Below are positions 50,491 to 63,308 of a stretch of DNA of 64,000 bases, one piece after another. The notes below the pieces were generated by a model that was not told where the DNA came from, made no database searches, and saw nothing but the letters and a program-made list of their open reading frames with translations. The first letter of the stretch is position 1, and each line of letters starts with the position of its first letter. The DNA lies in assembly GCA_050575255.1 (NCBI GenBank), contig JBNZDD010013683.1, positions 1,083,282 to 1,147,281 of the forward strand, read 5' to 3'. Made by a program: the position numbers and the translations under genes. This stretch comes from Harriotta raleighana. Taxonomy: Eukaryota.

Positions 50491-52206
50491 GCACTTCCCG
50501 TGTTGCACGACAGTCTACATTTCTTTCATCTTCTCAAGTCAACTGACAGCTGAATTATGGACAACTGTGGACCTGAGTCTATGATGAATTGACTTGAGAC
50601 TGCCCCCAAAAGTCATTATGCCAGCAGCCTTGAGACCGCCAGAGAAAAAAGACTTTATATTTTGCCAGACAAGGCTAAATTAAAAGCCACAGGTGAAGGG
50701 TGAAATTCACTCCATCACCCAGTTAACCTAGAAAAAATCCATGCGTATCATTCCCGAGGAATTCACAGAAGCGGTAAAATGAGCAAAGGTTTGAAGGAAT
50801 GTAAAAAAAAACACTGTTATGTGAATGGTGAGCTCCTATGACTTTTCCCTCAAACTTTAAACTTGCAATTGAGTGACTATAACTACTCCATAAAAATCCA
50901 AATACCATAGTGTAGTAAGCAACAATAAAATCACCAGAGCGATGAAGGAAAATCTTGTCGTGAAAATAATCACATCAATTGTTACAGCTGGTAGATTTTT
51001 TTTTAAAAACTACTAGATATAGATTGGATTTCTTGAGAGCTTCGAAATACAGCTCACCTCTGCTGACAGAAAGGGCCATCTCTGTCTTTAAGCAGTGTTC
51101 CAGCCTTGCACTGAATACATTGCTACATAAATAAGCTCTGATTGAAGAAACCCCCCATGGGCCTCGCAAACAATAAATCTCGTCTCAGCTTGCTGAATTT
51201 TGATTTCTTTACTGTAAACCTGGGCAATGATCGAGTGGAGAAACAGAGAAATGAGCAACACATCTTCAGCTATCAGGCAATAATTTAGGGAAATAAGCTT
51301 GACATCCCTGCTTTTGAGATTAACACAACATTTTGCACTGTTCCCCTGGCAATTGTGAAATGAGGCATATATTTACAGCTCTCAGACTAACTGCAATGCT
51401 AGTGGTCACCAGGGTACAGCAAAGCTCCGTCATGCTGTGTGGGCCTGACAACCTGACGCCAATTCAGGTACCAAGCAAGAGAGCACAAAACAGCACTGAA
51501 GAAGGCGGCTGTCACACACTCTGTGTGTGTGTGTGTGTGACACAAGATATGATTCTGTGCTGAACACCAGATAGTAATGTCAACCAGGGCACATAAAATT
51601 CTAGGGACAAACATTGGAACAAGCCAGAAATCCTGAGTCAACTGGTCTCTTTAGAGGATTTGTTCAAATCCGTCTCCGTGGGCATTAAGGTGATATGATG
51701 TTTGCATGTGTGTGTGTTTGCACACCCATGAAAGAAAGAGTGAGCACATCTGCAAAACACAAGTGAGTGAGAGCATATTTGATAGATATAGAGAGCCAAC
51801 ACAGCCATCCATTGAGAGTTAGAAAATGCAAGTATGTGCGAGAGAGAGAGAATATATAAATTAACAAGCATCTTTCATATCGCGCTTTATCACATTGTAG
51901 TAATATTCAAAGTGCTTCACAGAATTAAGTGCAGTGACTGGGTGTTTGCAACTGTGCACAGTTTTTCCACCTCCAAAAAAACCAAAGCGCTTTTCACATG
52001 GCGAGTTCAGGTGGCATAACTCTACTTTGCAAGAGTATAAGAATGATGCATGGGCAGAATATTAATGAGTACAAGAGCCTAACATTGAGTATATTTTGTA
52101 TATTGCTTAAACTCAGCACGATGCAGTGCATCATATATGTCAAACAAATGTGCGAATGCAGAGCTCGCTGTCCTTGAAAATAGAGTTGAACTTCTCAAGG
52201 ATAACG

Positions 52207-52374
52207 ATATCCAAATGGCTGGTACAGTCCCTATCCTTTAGTTGTGCTTAGGAACCTAAGCGCATATAACAAAGGCAAACTGCAGCATTCCTCCTGTCAC
52301 TCGGAGCTCTGTTATGTGCATTCAGGTGACTAAGCACAACTAAAGTATTGGGACCCGACCTACCATTTGGATAT
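52207..52374. repeat. ~168 bp imperfect palindrome (arms ~68 bp), ancient foldback element
   Basis: atatccaaatggctggtacagtccctatcctttagttgtgcttaggaacctaagcgcatataaca aligns to the reverse complement of the right arm, atatccaaatggtaggtcgggtcccaatactttagttgtgcttagtcacctgaatgcacataaca. Confidence 0.9.
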
Positions 52375-54914
52375 AGAAGTTACAGAAAGAAATTCATTAA
52401 CAAACTGTGAACAGGATAATGCACGGAAGTAAATGGAAGGAAACTGTCAATCACAGCTATCTGTATGTAACTTCCTCTGCTCAATGTACACGCCAACAAA
52501 GCTTGGAATTTCAGAAGAATAACTTCTAAATTCTCGCTTTGTCCAGCAAGTCCATTTTTCTTCCAACTGGCCAAGAATCTGTCAAAGATACAGAAGATCT
52601 AGTGATATAAAGAATGAGAAGGGAGCGTTTCCAGTCAAAAAATAGACATCGTTATAGTTTAATTTTTTTTAATACAAGTACTTGCACTTTTTGGTAATTC
52701 ACGCTTTCCAGTTTATAGAAAGACTGCAGTGGTTACAGAACAGTTCTTAGCTGATGAGCTCCTCTACGACACCTTGGACTTAAACAGTTCAACCAAACAG
52801 AATTAAAATGGGTGTACTACACTAATGTCAGACAGGTATATCAGCAACACAGCATCATGCCTCAAATGCCAACTAATTGATAGATTCTGAACAGATGCCC
52901 TGCTTAGTTTCTTGTGTCGTGGCCTATGTTGGATTCACTCCACTTGTGAAAAAAAATCTCAGCCCCTCGATCTCCACGAATTTATACAGCGATTGTATAA
53001 GTTCTTCGAAACAACACAAAATGGGCTGGGGTTCTATTCAACGGGAGGTTGAATATTTCTTCAAGCAAGAGGAAGCAAAACATCGATGATGATATGTTTA
53101 TTTTTATCTTCAACTTTATATTTTTTGGAAAGCCGGGAAAGAACACATTCACATGGATTCCCTTCACCAACACCCAGCCATCTCTGCATTGTAATGGGTT
53201 GATCAAAACCAACCATTTCTCAAACTTTTTTTACCTCTGAATATTCGTGAATCACATCGTGAATCACATCTTATTTCTATTCTGCACAGAGGGGGCAGCT
53301 CAATGCTGTGTCACACCTACATATTAACTCAATTCATTTGATTCCTGTGAGATTTCAGATCTGCTTTGTAAGTCTCCAGTTTATCCATCATATAGTGCTA
53401 CTCCTCCTCTCCTATCTTTTCTGTCTTTCTTGATCATTTGTGATGCATATTTAAATCATCTTCAAAATATACAGAAGCAAAGAGTAGATTAAATCCACTC
53501 CCATCATCTACAGCGTTTTAGGAATGATAAACCCTGAGAATGGTTGTTGAATAGCAATATACTGTGCATGGTTTTGTCAGATATGTATAAAAGTCAGCTC
53601 ATGGTACTGAGTTAAACAGGAACAATAAAATATTTAATTTTTAAAAAGTAAAATGATTGCCTCTAATCCACCCGCTAAAACCACAAAAGACTTCATCATT
53701 AATATGATGGGCTGAAGCAGCGGAGAAATCAAAGTACTCTACTTGAAATCAGACATTTTAAGCTAAACCTAAAGCAAGAAACTCAGCAAGTATTTTAAAA
53801 TAGGGAGCTGTATCTTTAACGCACAAAGGACTGAATAATATTTTTTTAAAGAAGAAATTTGCCCCCAGTTCAAGAGAAGAGCTTTGCTGAGAGTTCAATG
53901 TATTGTAAAGATTTGATTTCCATTGTTAATGTGAACAACAGAGAGAGAGAAAGAGAATTTAAAAAAGAGATTTGTCCACAGTTGTACTGTTAAGACCTGT
54001 GGAGCCATTCTTTTCAGATGCAGTACAACTGACTGAATCAATCAATGCTTGTTCATTTTCAGAGACAGAAAGACTTACTGGAGGTGCTGAGAAATTTAGG
54101 CATTTGCAATTCTTGACTAATACTGCAGTGACTGTCGGGCCTAATGTATATACTGTTATGCTTGGTCATGAATTCCATGTTGTGCATTCGTTTCGTGGGA
54201 AGTTTATTGACTCGCAAATGCACTTGTATAAACTTTACTCCCAAGGCTTTTGCTTCTTCTCCTGGATAAAATCACACAAATGGGAACTTCCCCTCTGGTG
54301 TATAAGGTGGAGATTCATGTGGATTGTAAACATCAGCATGGACTAGTTGGAATGAATGACCTATTTCGGGTGCTGTAGAATTTATGCTAAATAAAGGTCT
54401 GTCATTCGGTAAGCAATACATTCCCCCTGCTTCCGGCTTCCATCCGTTCTCGGGAAAATCACGCATGACTCGTATCATAAAACAAAGTAATGTCTTTGGC
54501 AAGAACAAAATCTATAATGAAATATATAACAAACTTAGAAAGTCATTCTCTTAACTCCTAGGAAGCAGGTGTAAAATAGCTCATTCTCTTTATCCTTTCC
54601 TCTGAACTGCACGCATTAAGCCATGCAAACCATTCCTATTTAAACACAAGTGCAATAGAATGTTGGATTGAAATTCCTTTCAATGCGAATTTCAGCATTC
54701 CTCCCTCCCAAACACACTGGGGTATACTGTACTCAGAAAATACCCATTGTATTTAATCTTCACATGTCCATATGGACATGAATATCTTACATCCCTGATT
54801 AGTGTTGAACTAGTCAGTGATAATAATATAACAATAATTTATGGATTTGATATAGCGTCTTATCACAGAGTTTCACAGAATATATTGTAAAGTTGATATA
54901 TATCCATATGTAAA

Positions 54915-56121
54915 AGGATGGATGAGTATGGGCAAAGTCAGTACAGTGGAACAAACAATAAACACAACAACCAACCACTGACACCCTATTGTAAAATAAG
55001 TAATGTATATAATTCTAATATACAAAATAATGTACAAAAACTATTTACTGCATATATAATATATAAACATTGTGTGTATATTTTGCTGGAGTTCTAATGT
55101 CATGTGGTATAGAACCATGAAACCAACACACCTTCCCCTGAAAGTGTGAGGAACAAATTGCTCTCACCAATGATTTCCATCCCTTCATGGAAGTATTTTT
55201 GTCTTTTGCCGTAGCGTTCCTTAGATTGCTCCAGCCCATACTGGAAGTATAGAGTGTTCCAAGGCTTCCAACCCTGTGGCACAGCTTGTCAGCACATTAA
55301 CCCACTAATCAAGTGGGTCACTTATTTACTGACTTAACAGAAGCATCTGCCCTGCTGTGATTGGAACATAAGAGTACAGACACAAACATGCAATAAGACT
55401 CACGGTGCCTGCAATCTGTCTGGTAACATAGTGAATATCAAGCAAGCTCCTATTTGCAATCATGCAGCAGAGACTGGCTTTACACCAGCTGATTCTACAT
55501 TATGGTACAGGGTTTAACATAAGACACATGGATTCATTTATGTTCGACCCGAGAGGTTTCAAAGCCTCAGAGCTGTTTCGCAAACTGATTTAAGTGGTTA
55601 TCAATTGGAGCTGTTTGATAATAATTCATTACTTGCCAATAAGAACTTGAGATTTTCCGAAAGCACAAGTGTACCAATCTCACAGAGTCCATCACTTTTA
55701 ATGCCAATACTTCAATAATGTCTGGCCCAAATTCATGGCTAATGCACCTCTGGGAAGGCGGCGACAGCAGCAGCAAAATGCCATTCAATAGAGCCATTGC
55801 TGCTTCTGTGGAAATACTGTACTGCATTCGGGAGTGTTCCCAGAGAAAAAAAACACATGCAATCCATTCCAAAGTTGCAGCAGAGTGGTTAAAGAGCATG
55901 GACGGAGCATTAACATCTTCACAATGACATGCCAGCCAGACAGTGCCCGCTATTTGTGGAGAGAGCAGAACTAAAGGGCAATCACTACCTAAAAACAAGT
56001 CAATATTGCTCTATCCCATTGAGAATCTGTGCAAAACAGCTGGAGGAGAGGATGGATAAGTAAGGGCAGTGGAACAAACAACAAACACAACAACAACCAG
56101 CCACCAACACCCTATTATAAA
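54915..56121 (+). repeat. Diverged ~75 bp direct repeat pair (54915-54995 and 56049-56121)
   Basis: aggatggat.agta.gggca...gtggaacaaacaa.aaacacaacaacca.ccac..acaccctatt.taaa is present in both copies. Confidence 0.8.
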
Positions 56122-56684
56122 GCCGTAATTGGAGTCCGATGGAGTCCAAACATCTTAGAAAAGAACGTCCGCCAGTCAGCCAACCCCAGCTTCACAAACA
56201 TCGCATCAGTCACATCAGAATGCTTCATTGCATCCCTTCAGTGCAATGTCAGTCTGAAGTGACATGCTGCTCTTAAGGCTTTTCACTTTCCCCAAACAAA
56301 TAAAACGCTTGCCAAATACTTATTTGTGCATCTGATTTATTCCGTGCAGGAATTCAAGTAATTTCATATGAGTAATTACTTAAAGAAAGTAATCTTTACT
56401 TTTGCTTCCCTTTTAAGCTGGTATGTTTGTATGCTAGCCCAATACTTTGTTCCATTTTAGCCACTGGGAATTTCTCTCTTTTGCTCTGGTGATTTAAAAT
56501 CATGTTTATATTTCAGTAAAGAAATATACAATAATCTACTTTCACTCCACTTAGAAATGTACTTCCATTGGCATCCTCCAGTGTCTCACCAAGTTACCAC
56601 TTGTACATTTAGCGAGGACTACTTCCAATTTCATTGGAGAGCATTGCAGACAGGTCTAAGGCTGACTTTCCATTGCCTTGCTGC

Positions 56685-57024
56685 AGAAGAGCAGCATAGT
56701 TGGAAGCACCATTTATTGGACGAGGTATGAAACTGTGGGTCTTGACTGCCTGTTCAAGTGAATGTTAAAGATCCCATGGCAGAAAGAGAGGAATTTCTCT
56801 CGGTGTTCAAGCTAACAACCACCCTCGTAAAATTGGCACTCACTTCAGTCCTGTTCAAGGGATATTGCTGTGCATAATGGGCTGTCATGTCTGCTTACAT
56901 GATACAGTCATTATACTTCAAGTGTATCCTAAGAAGTGCTTTGAAATGTCTTCCTGGCATGTAAGATGCTATATCAAATGTAAGGATAATTATTTTTGTT
57001 TTTATTATTATTATTATTATTATT
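56685..57024 (+). mobile_element. Old DeuSINE
   Basis: ctgcctgttcaagtgaatgttaaagatcccatggca...ttgctgtgcataatgggctg...gatgctatatcaaatgtaagg, ending in (tta)n. Confidence 0.8.
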
Positions 57025-57867
57025 ACAGAATTTTCCAGGCAGTTCAAAACATGATACAAACTATGAATGTTACTGGCAGCTTTGAGGATTTCTATGTCTT
57101 TCCTTTCTCAGTGTCTTCTCTCCAGGTTGTTCGGTGCTACATCTGGTCAAATGATCTTGGATTGCAGCTTAATAATTAGGTGTTCTGCATAGCACTATAT
57201 ATGGAGAAAATCCTGGTTACATTTCGATAGTATATCAGCAGCTCCCTAATTAAAATCATGTTTAACCAACTCAGGTGGCTGTGTTGACATGATAAGACAA
57301 CACCTTGTTTCCTCCATGCTGCCAATCAGTGACTCACACTGAGATCTCACATGGCAGAGGTGATTTTGCATTCAGTTGTTCAAAGCTGCGTGCGTAGAGA
57401 ATATGCGGTTTCCACCCTGGAGACATCTAGGGCTTACACAAGCCTGAAAGGTGGATTGATTAGAGCTGGGAGTTTGAGAGAGAAGCAGGGTTTTCATTAG
57501 AATCCAACAACCAGAGAGCTTCTCTTCCCACTCGTAAAAAAAAAACGCATATCACTTTTGAGGGAATTGACTCCAAGCTTGAGTAGAAGTTCCTTTTTGT
57601 GCAGCTGTCTCTCTTAACTTTACTCGGGTTATCTTTCTCATTCAAATCCCCGCTCATTGTTGGGCTCAGCGTGTTTATCTGCTGAGCAGCCAATTGATGC
57701 ATGAGTAAACTGAATTCAGCAGATGAAGAAAGGGGGAGGGAGACTGCAACTGGTCTCAAGACCGAACTAGGGAAATGAATACCAGGCAGGTTCAAGCTCT
57801 ACTTTTTTCATTGCTTCTGTCACCTCGCTAGAGGTAGAGATGTGTCTGCGCGCGTGTGTTTGTGAAA

Positions 57868-58072
57868 AGAATAATAATTCTCGCATTTGAAATTCAGCCT
57901 TGCACGTAATGGAAAGCCTCAAAACCCTTCACAAGATTCATTATAGAACATAGAGACTGAATAACCATAGGAGTTCATGGCATCCTCAGCACTGCATTGA
58001 AAGACCATTATCAACTCAAAAGTCCTGACGTGAGGTTTGAAACCATAACCAGAGCCAACTGAGCCAGGCTGC
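57868..58072 (-). mobile_element. Degraded, internally deleted DeuSINE
   Basis: Tail aataataattctcgcatttga and head-side tcctcagcactgcattgaa...tttgaaccataacc...aactgagcca. Confidence 0.5.
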
Positions 58073-59099
58073 TTACACACTGGCAGCAAGTTGGCAATTT
58101 CAGTGAGACACCCAGTAAGGATAACAGATGTAAGAAACGGAAGTGTCACTTGATGCAGCCAGTTTTTAACTCTCTGAGATTAGAGGCACTGTTGGAGAGA
58201 ACAGAAGAGGCTTTACTCTGAATCCGAGTGTTTGATGCTGACAATGGGGGAAAAAAATACTGTAAGTGTTAGCTTTACAAGACCAATGCACCTCACTGCA
58301 ATGAGCATAAGGAGCTTCTAAAAGAGGAATTTCTGGCTTTGAAAATCTACAATCCCAAGGTGTGTAGTGCAAGGATTTGTGAACATGAATATCTTTGGCT
58401 TGTTGTATCAAAATGGTGAATATTTACCCCCCAAATTCTCTTTTTTTTAAAAAAGATTCCCTTTCCTCAATCTTGTTCCCTCGATGGGGCGGACAGTGTT
58501 TCACTTGTCAGTATTCTCTCTGCCGATTCTTCAAACCATAGAGTTTTCATTCAAGATTAACCCAGAGTGATGCTAATTTCCCCAGTGAACACTCCAGCAT
58601 TAAGCTCATATAAGAGTGTTGTAGTGATACGGAAACCTTTACTTTCTCAGCTATGAATCTCCTGAATACTAATGCGAACATTACAAGTGTAGACTTAGTG
58701 TCTTCAGGAAGCTGCTTCAAAATTTGGCTTTAAGGCTCGAGGCGGTTCTAAAATGGGGGTACTCGCTAAGCTAAGGCTAAGGATTTCCTGCCATTGGCTG
58801 TCACCAAAATCTCCCTGGACTGCGGGCAACATATAACTATCTCCCTAACTAGACCACAAGGGAAAATAGATGGATTCTCACACATATCATATCATGCGTA
58901 TTCTTTTCTCATCCCCTCCCTTCCTCTCCCCCGACTCTGTCTGAATAAACTTACCAAAACCATCAGTAACAATAGTTGTTGAATTTTCTAAGTGACAATG
59001 ATTGTAGAATGGAAGAATAGGTCGAATGACTGCTGAGAATGGGACAAGGTAGAGCTACCCACAAAAAGCAGAGTCTATCGTTAACTATTGCTCCCAATT

Positions 59100-59255
59100 T
59101 ATCCATCCCTATCGTGTTTGCTGACCCCTATTCCATCATCCAGCTTAGCCACTTCTAACCTCTGGAATTTCATACCACAGTCCCTCCGCCTCGCCCCCTC
59201 CCTGGCCTCCTACAATTCCCACCTCAAGACCCTCCTCTTCGATGGTCCCATCGTC
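59100..59255 (+). mobile_element. L2 ORF2 C-terminal fragment
   Basis: Translation LWNFIPQSLRLAPSLASYNSHLKTLLFD, typical of the L2 ORF2 end; homologous to 63465-63560 on the minus strand. Confidence 0.85.
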
Positions 59256-59599
59256 AGCAGGTCTAAGGTGTTTAACATGAACCAGTGAAAGACCCTCTGT
59301 CTCCTTTACTACCCCAGGGTCTACCATTAACCTTCTGACAGTCTGTTCTCTGTGCTTGATGCTTGTTCCAGTTTGTGAAAACTATCAAGTTTTGACTTGA
59401 CTGTGCTGAAGGTGACATGATTACTATTAATTAGGAATAATGGCTGTTCTGTACAAGTAGCACAAGCACAACAGGAACTGTAGTTTGAAAGTGTAAGCTA
59501 ACCTATATAAGTCGTCATAAGAAAACAATTTCCAGGGCTTTATTTTCAGCAAATAGGAGAACAAAGCCATTTACGTAAACTGATGTGACAGAAACCAAC

Positions 59600-60260
59600 T
59601 ACTAATAGGAAAATATAAAGGCTCTGAATCAATGGCACTCCAGCAACAGTAAACTGCGAGCAGTGTTATAAAAGCACAGATAATTGTAGTGCTCTATGTG
59701 CAAATGAATTTATTTAGCCAGCCTCAAGTTCTTGATGTTCTTTATTCCAGAAATTATTTAGGAGGTGCGCAGAAAGCTTCCACCACCAAACGTCCGCTCC
59801 CTAGGAAGCCATTAGTGTCAGCTAATAAATGACTTGCAATCATTCTGTGTTTGTGGATTGTGGTTCATGTGGTCCGCTTTCCATTTCATTGCCTTTAATG
59901 ATAGCACACTGGCCTGTAGTGGAAGTCTGCTAATTTGGCATTGCAGATGCAACTCTCAAGGTTATCGCTGATTAACCAAGTGAATAAACTGGATGCTGCT
60001 GACTTGGATGGGCAGTCATCGGTTTGCCAGCTGATTGCGCAGGCATCGCTTGGGGAAATGTTTCCGAGTTGTTTGTGCGCTTTGTCCCACCCACAACTCA
60101 AACTCTCACCAGGTCCTTGCTCACCGAGGTACTGGCTGCAGAAACGAGCAGCATCAGCACTTCTCCTTGGTCAATCAGCCAAGCTGCATGCTTATGTAGA
60201 CCCCAGCAAGTTTTCTTCGCTTTATAGGTCTTTGCTGCTGCACACCAGCAATGGTGTGGA
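59600..60260. promoter_or_regulatory. Candidate conserved non-coding element
   Basis: Repeat-free, higher GC/CpG, with attagtgtcagctaataaatgac and tttaatgat motifs. No recognisable protein in any frame. Confidence 0.25.
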
Positions 60261-60294
60261 ATGAGACTCTTGTCTTCAGGGCCTCAGTCTTCAT

Positions 60295-60397
60295 ATGTGT
60301 TTTGCTAACAAAAATATACAGTCAATTCACTTTATAGTAATATTGTGAAGAGCTTTGAGATGTCTTCAAAACATGTTGCAATAATTATTATTATTAT
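60295..60397 (+). mobile_element. SINE 3' tail fragment
   Basis: aaatatacagtcaattcacttta...gtgaagagctttgagatgtc followed by (tta)n. Confidence 0.8.
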
Positions 60398-61139
60398 TTT
60401 TAAGCACAGGAGTTGCTATATGTGAATAGCATGTTGATTCTTCATTGAATTACTCAATTTTACAAACAAGGATAACAAAATTTATTACTTTTCTTAAATA
60501 CAAAATCTCTGCTTATCCTCTCTAGTGCCTGGTTGAGAGTGCAGAACATGCTGAATGACCTAGAGATCACAGTCAATGTCATCTTTACAACTCAACAGAT
60601 GCTTTGTAATGTGCAATTGTCATGAAATACTCTGATATGTTTTGTTTAAATCCATTCGATGCACTAGGATTGTACTGTGAATTGGAAATGGCTGATGAGA
60701 GGAAGATCTTGTAGAAGCCTTAACTGTGTGTGTGGAAGCTTATCAGTAGTTACTGTATTGTGATATCTTCACTAAGTCACATCACATTACCTGACTCAGG
60801 AATTCAGTGTCTGGTATGTGACATATCAGGTAACAAACTGCATTACAAAGTCCATGATTTACATAGTATTCTATCCATTAACTAAATAACCAGTTAATAT
60901 GACTACAGCTCCACCTGATATTGTAAGCCATAACTGCCTTTATTGATTACCTTTCAACACTTGAGCTTTATCTTCCAGATGGCCCAGCATCCAGCATCCT
61001 ATAATTCTAACATATTCTGCGGTTGAAGCAGAAAGCATCGATGTATTTAAGTGGAAATACGCGAGGGAAAAAGAAGCAAGAAGTCTGTGGGAGAAGATGA
61101 AGAAGGGTGGAGGCTCCTATGGGGATTGAACCCAGTTAA

Positions 61140-61245
61140 CCTTATCATCTGCCCTCTTTTTATGCGGATGTTTAAGATCCCTCGACACCATTCAAAAAGA
61201 AAAAGAGGGTTCTTGAAAAGCGTCCTGTCCATATCTGCTAAACTA
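61140..61245 (+). mobile_element. DeuSINE core fragment
   Basis: catctgccctctttttatgcggatgtttaagatccctcgacaccattcaaaaaga...ggttctt...gtcctgtccatat. Confidence 0.65.
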
Positions 61246-61664
61246 ATAATTCGCCCCATGCCTGTTTCTGAGATCTTGCTGTTGCAAATGGCTGCTAAAT
61301 CAATTGCATTTGAAGTCGTTTAAGATGTGTCAGTGTGATTGAGGGGACAAGACAGGTGCTTGAACAAGAATATTAAAGAGTGTAGGGAGAAAACGGAAAA
61401 GTGGATTACACTAGGTGACAAATTACACAAACTGTGTTGAGCAGAGATGCCAACGTCATAAAATGTGTTTGTGTTTATACTGTGTGTATATACATATATA
61501 TATATATACATTTATTTATTTATTTAGTTATTTATTATGGGAAGACTGTCTGAAACTACTTTCTTCTCTCCAATTATTCTTCCACACTTGCCAGATTTAG
61601 ATCTTTTTAGTAACAGTAATACCTTTGTACAAAACAGGAATTAGAAAAATAATAAAACTAAATA

Positions 61665-62481
61665 GAGTAAAACCTCATTTATCCGTGACTCAAATAATCA
61701 GAAAACCTGTTCAACCGTCATTTCAAAAAAATGTCCTGATCCGACTAATTGGAAGTTATCTGGCGACGCGTTGAATTTCGGGTCTAAACTTGTTCCGGGT
61801 CCTTTTAAAAGTCATGGTTTTTATTTTACCCTGTTCGGATGGATGAGTGCCTGTCGTTGGGAAGGTAAGTACTGTATACCTGATAAATACGGCTGCAGGT
61901 AGCGGCCAGAGAGAGAGGGAGGGAGGGAGCGGGGGGAGGGGTTGGGAACGGAGAGAGGGAGAGGGTGGGGAATGGAGAGAAAGAGAGAGTGGGGGGAATG
62001 AGATATGGGAAAAGGGAGAGAGAGAGATAGGAGAAAGCATAATGGAGTGAGAGAGAGAGAGAGATAGGGGAAAACATAATGGAGTGAGAGAGAGAGAGAA
62101 ATGGCAGACAGGTTGCTGCAGAGAGAGAGGAGGGAGAGAGAGGAAAGGGATGGGGGTGGGGGAGGACAGAATTTATATGATGGATTCAGACTGAATATCT
62201 TTGAGGGTCTGTGTCTGTCTGTTTGTGTGTCTGTCTGTCTGTGTGTGTGCTGGCCATTAGGTCTAAACCCGTTGAATCAGTGCTGTAATTGCGAAGTTAA
62301 GTATAAATAATGTACTAATAGAATATTCTGTTATTATTTAGTCCACTATTAATATGGTATGTGTTAAAAAAAAATGTTTTGGAAAAATTATATTTAATAA
62401 AAAAAATTGTTATCAACCAGAAAAAATGTTTAACCGCCACTGGCCTGGTCCCGTTGGTGCCGGATAAAAGAGGTTTTACTG
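61665..62481 (+). mobile_element. pogo/Tigger-type MITE enlarged by an internal GA/GT simple-sequence insert
   Basis: TA-gagtaaaacctcatttatccg ... cggataaaagaggttttactg. Flanking internals match 45339-45769, and a purine-rich/(gtct)n insert lies at ~61909-62250. Confidence 0.85.
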
Positions 62482-63308
62482 TGACATAAGGCAATATTCA
62501 TTATACAGCACAGAGATAGATGTTTACACTTGCTCCCTGACTTATTTTTTAATAAATATATTTACTTACAATTAAGCAATATATTTGGGGGTCAAAACTG
62601 CACTGTTAATTTGATATTTTGTTTCCTGGGAGGAATTTTAAGGCGATAAGCCCATTTGCATTGTACAACAGGGAGAGTTTAAAAAAAACGCCCTTCACAT
62701 TCTTAATTATCCTCATTAAATTAAAGAAAAGCACACAGCAAATTAATTACTGTAAACAAAAATATTGTAGCATCTGTTCTGTAAACAGTGTACACTGCAG
62801 GGAATTGGTGGAATGCACAGTTAACCTGCTCACAAAGGCCTCACTGGATTGAAAAGCTCGACAGAAACGGCAACCCACGTAGAAGGCAAAACTGTCCCAA
62901 TGTAAACAAATGAGTTGACCAATTCCTTGGGATTTTCATCAGATTTTAGTTCATCTAACTTTAATTGTGCATTTCAAAACCTCTTGTGTTTTAAACCTAA
63001 ACATCTCCACTAAACATGAGGATTGTGCAAAGAGACGAAACTGAAGGATAATAATTACATTGGACTAGTTTAGGATAATACTGTCCAGTCCAGTGAGACA
63101 GGCATTGATAGTCCAACAGGTACAGAATGTTTGGAACTTGATGCTTCTCTCAGCATAATATGACAGAGGCAGGCTATGTTTTTAATCAATGGAACGATTC
63201 AACAAATGGATCTATGGTACAAAGAAAATTCGATTGGCCATTGAAATAATTAACGGTTGTTCACACACTTAACACAGTAACAAATTATGCTGCAACAGGC
63301 TTATACAG

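Noticed and set aside
52440-52578. Possible minus-strand exon after tttgacag (ILGQLEEKWTCW...)
   Set aside because: There is no convincing donor site before the stop and the peptide is not recognisable.
53246-53270. Short tandem duplications (tcgtgaatcaca x2; also ~8620-8650 and ~4490-4513)
   Set aside because: Ordinary replication-slippage duplications.
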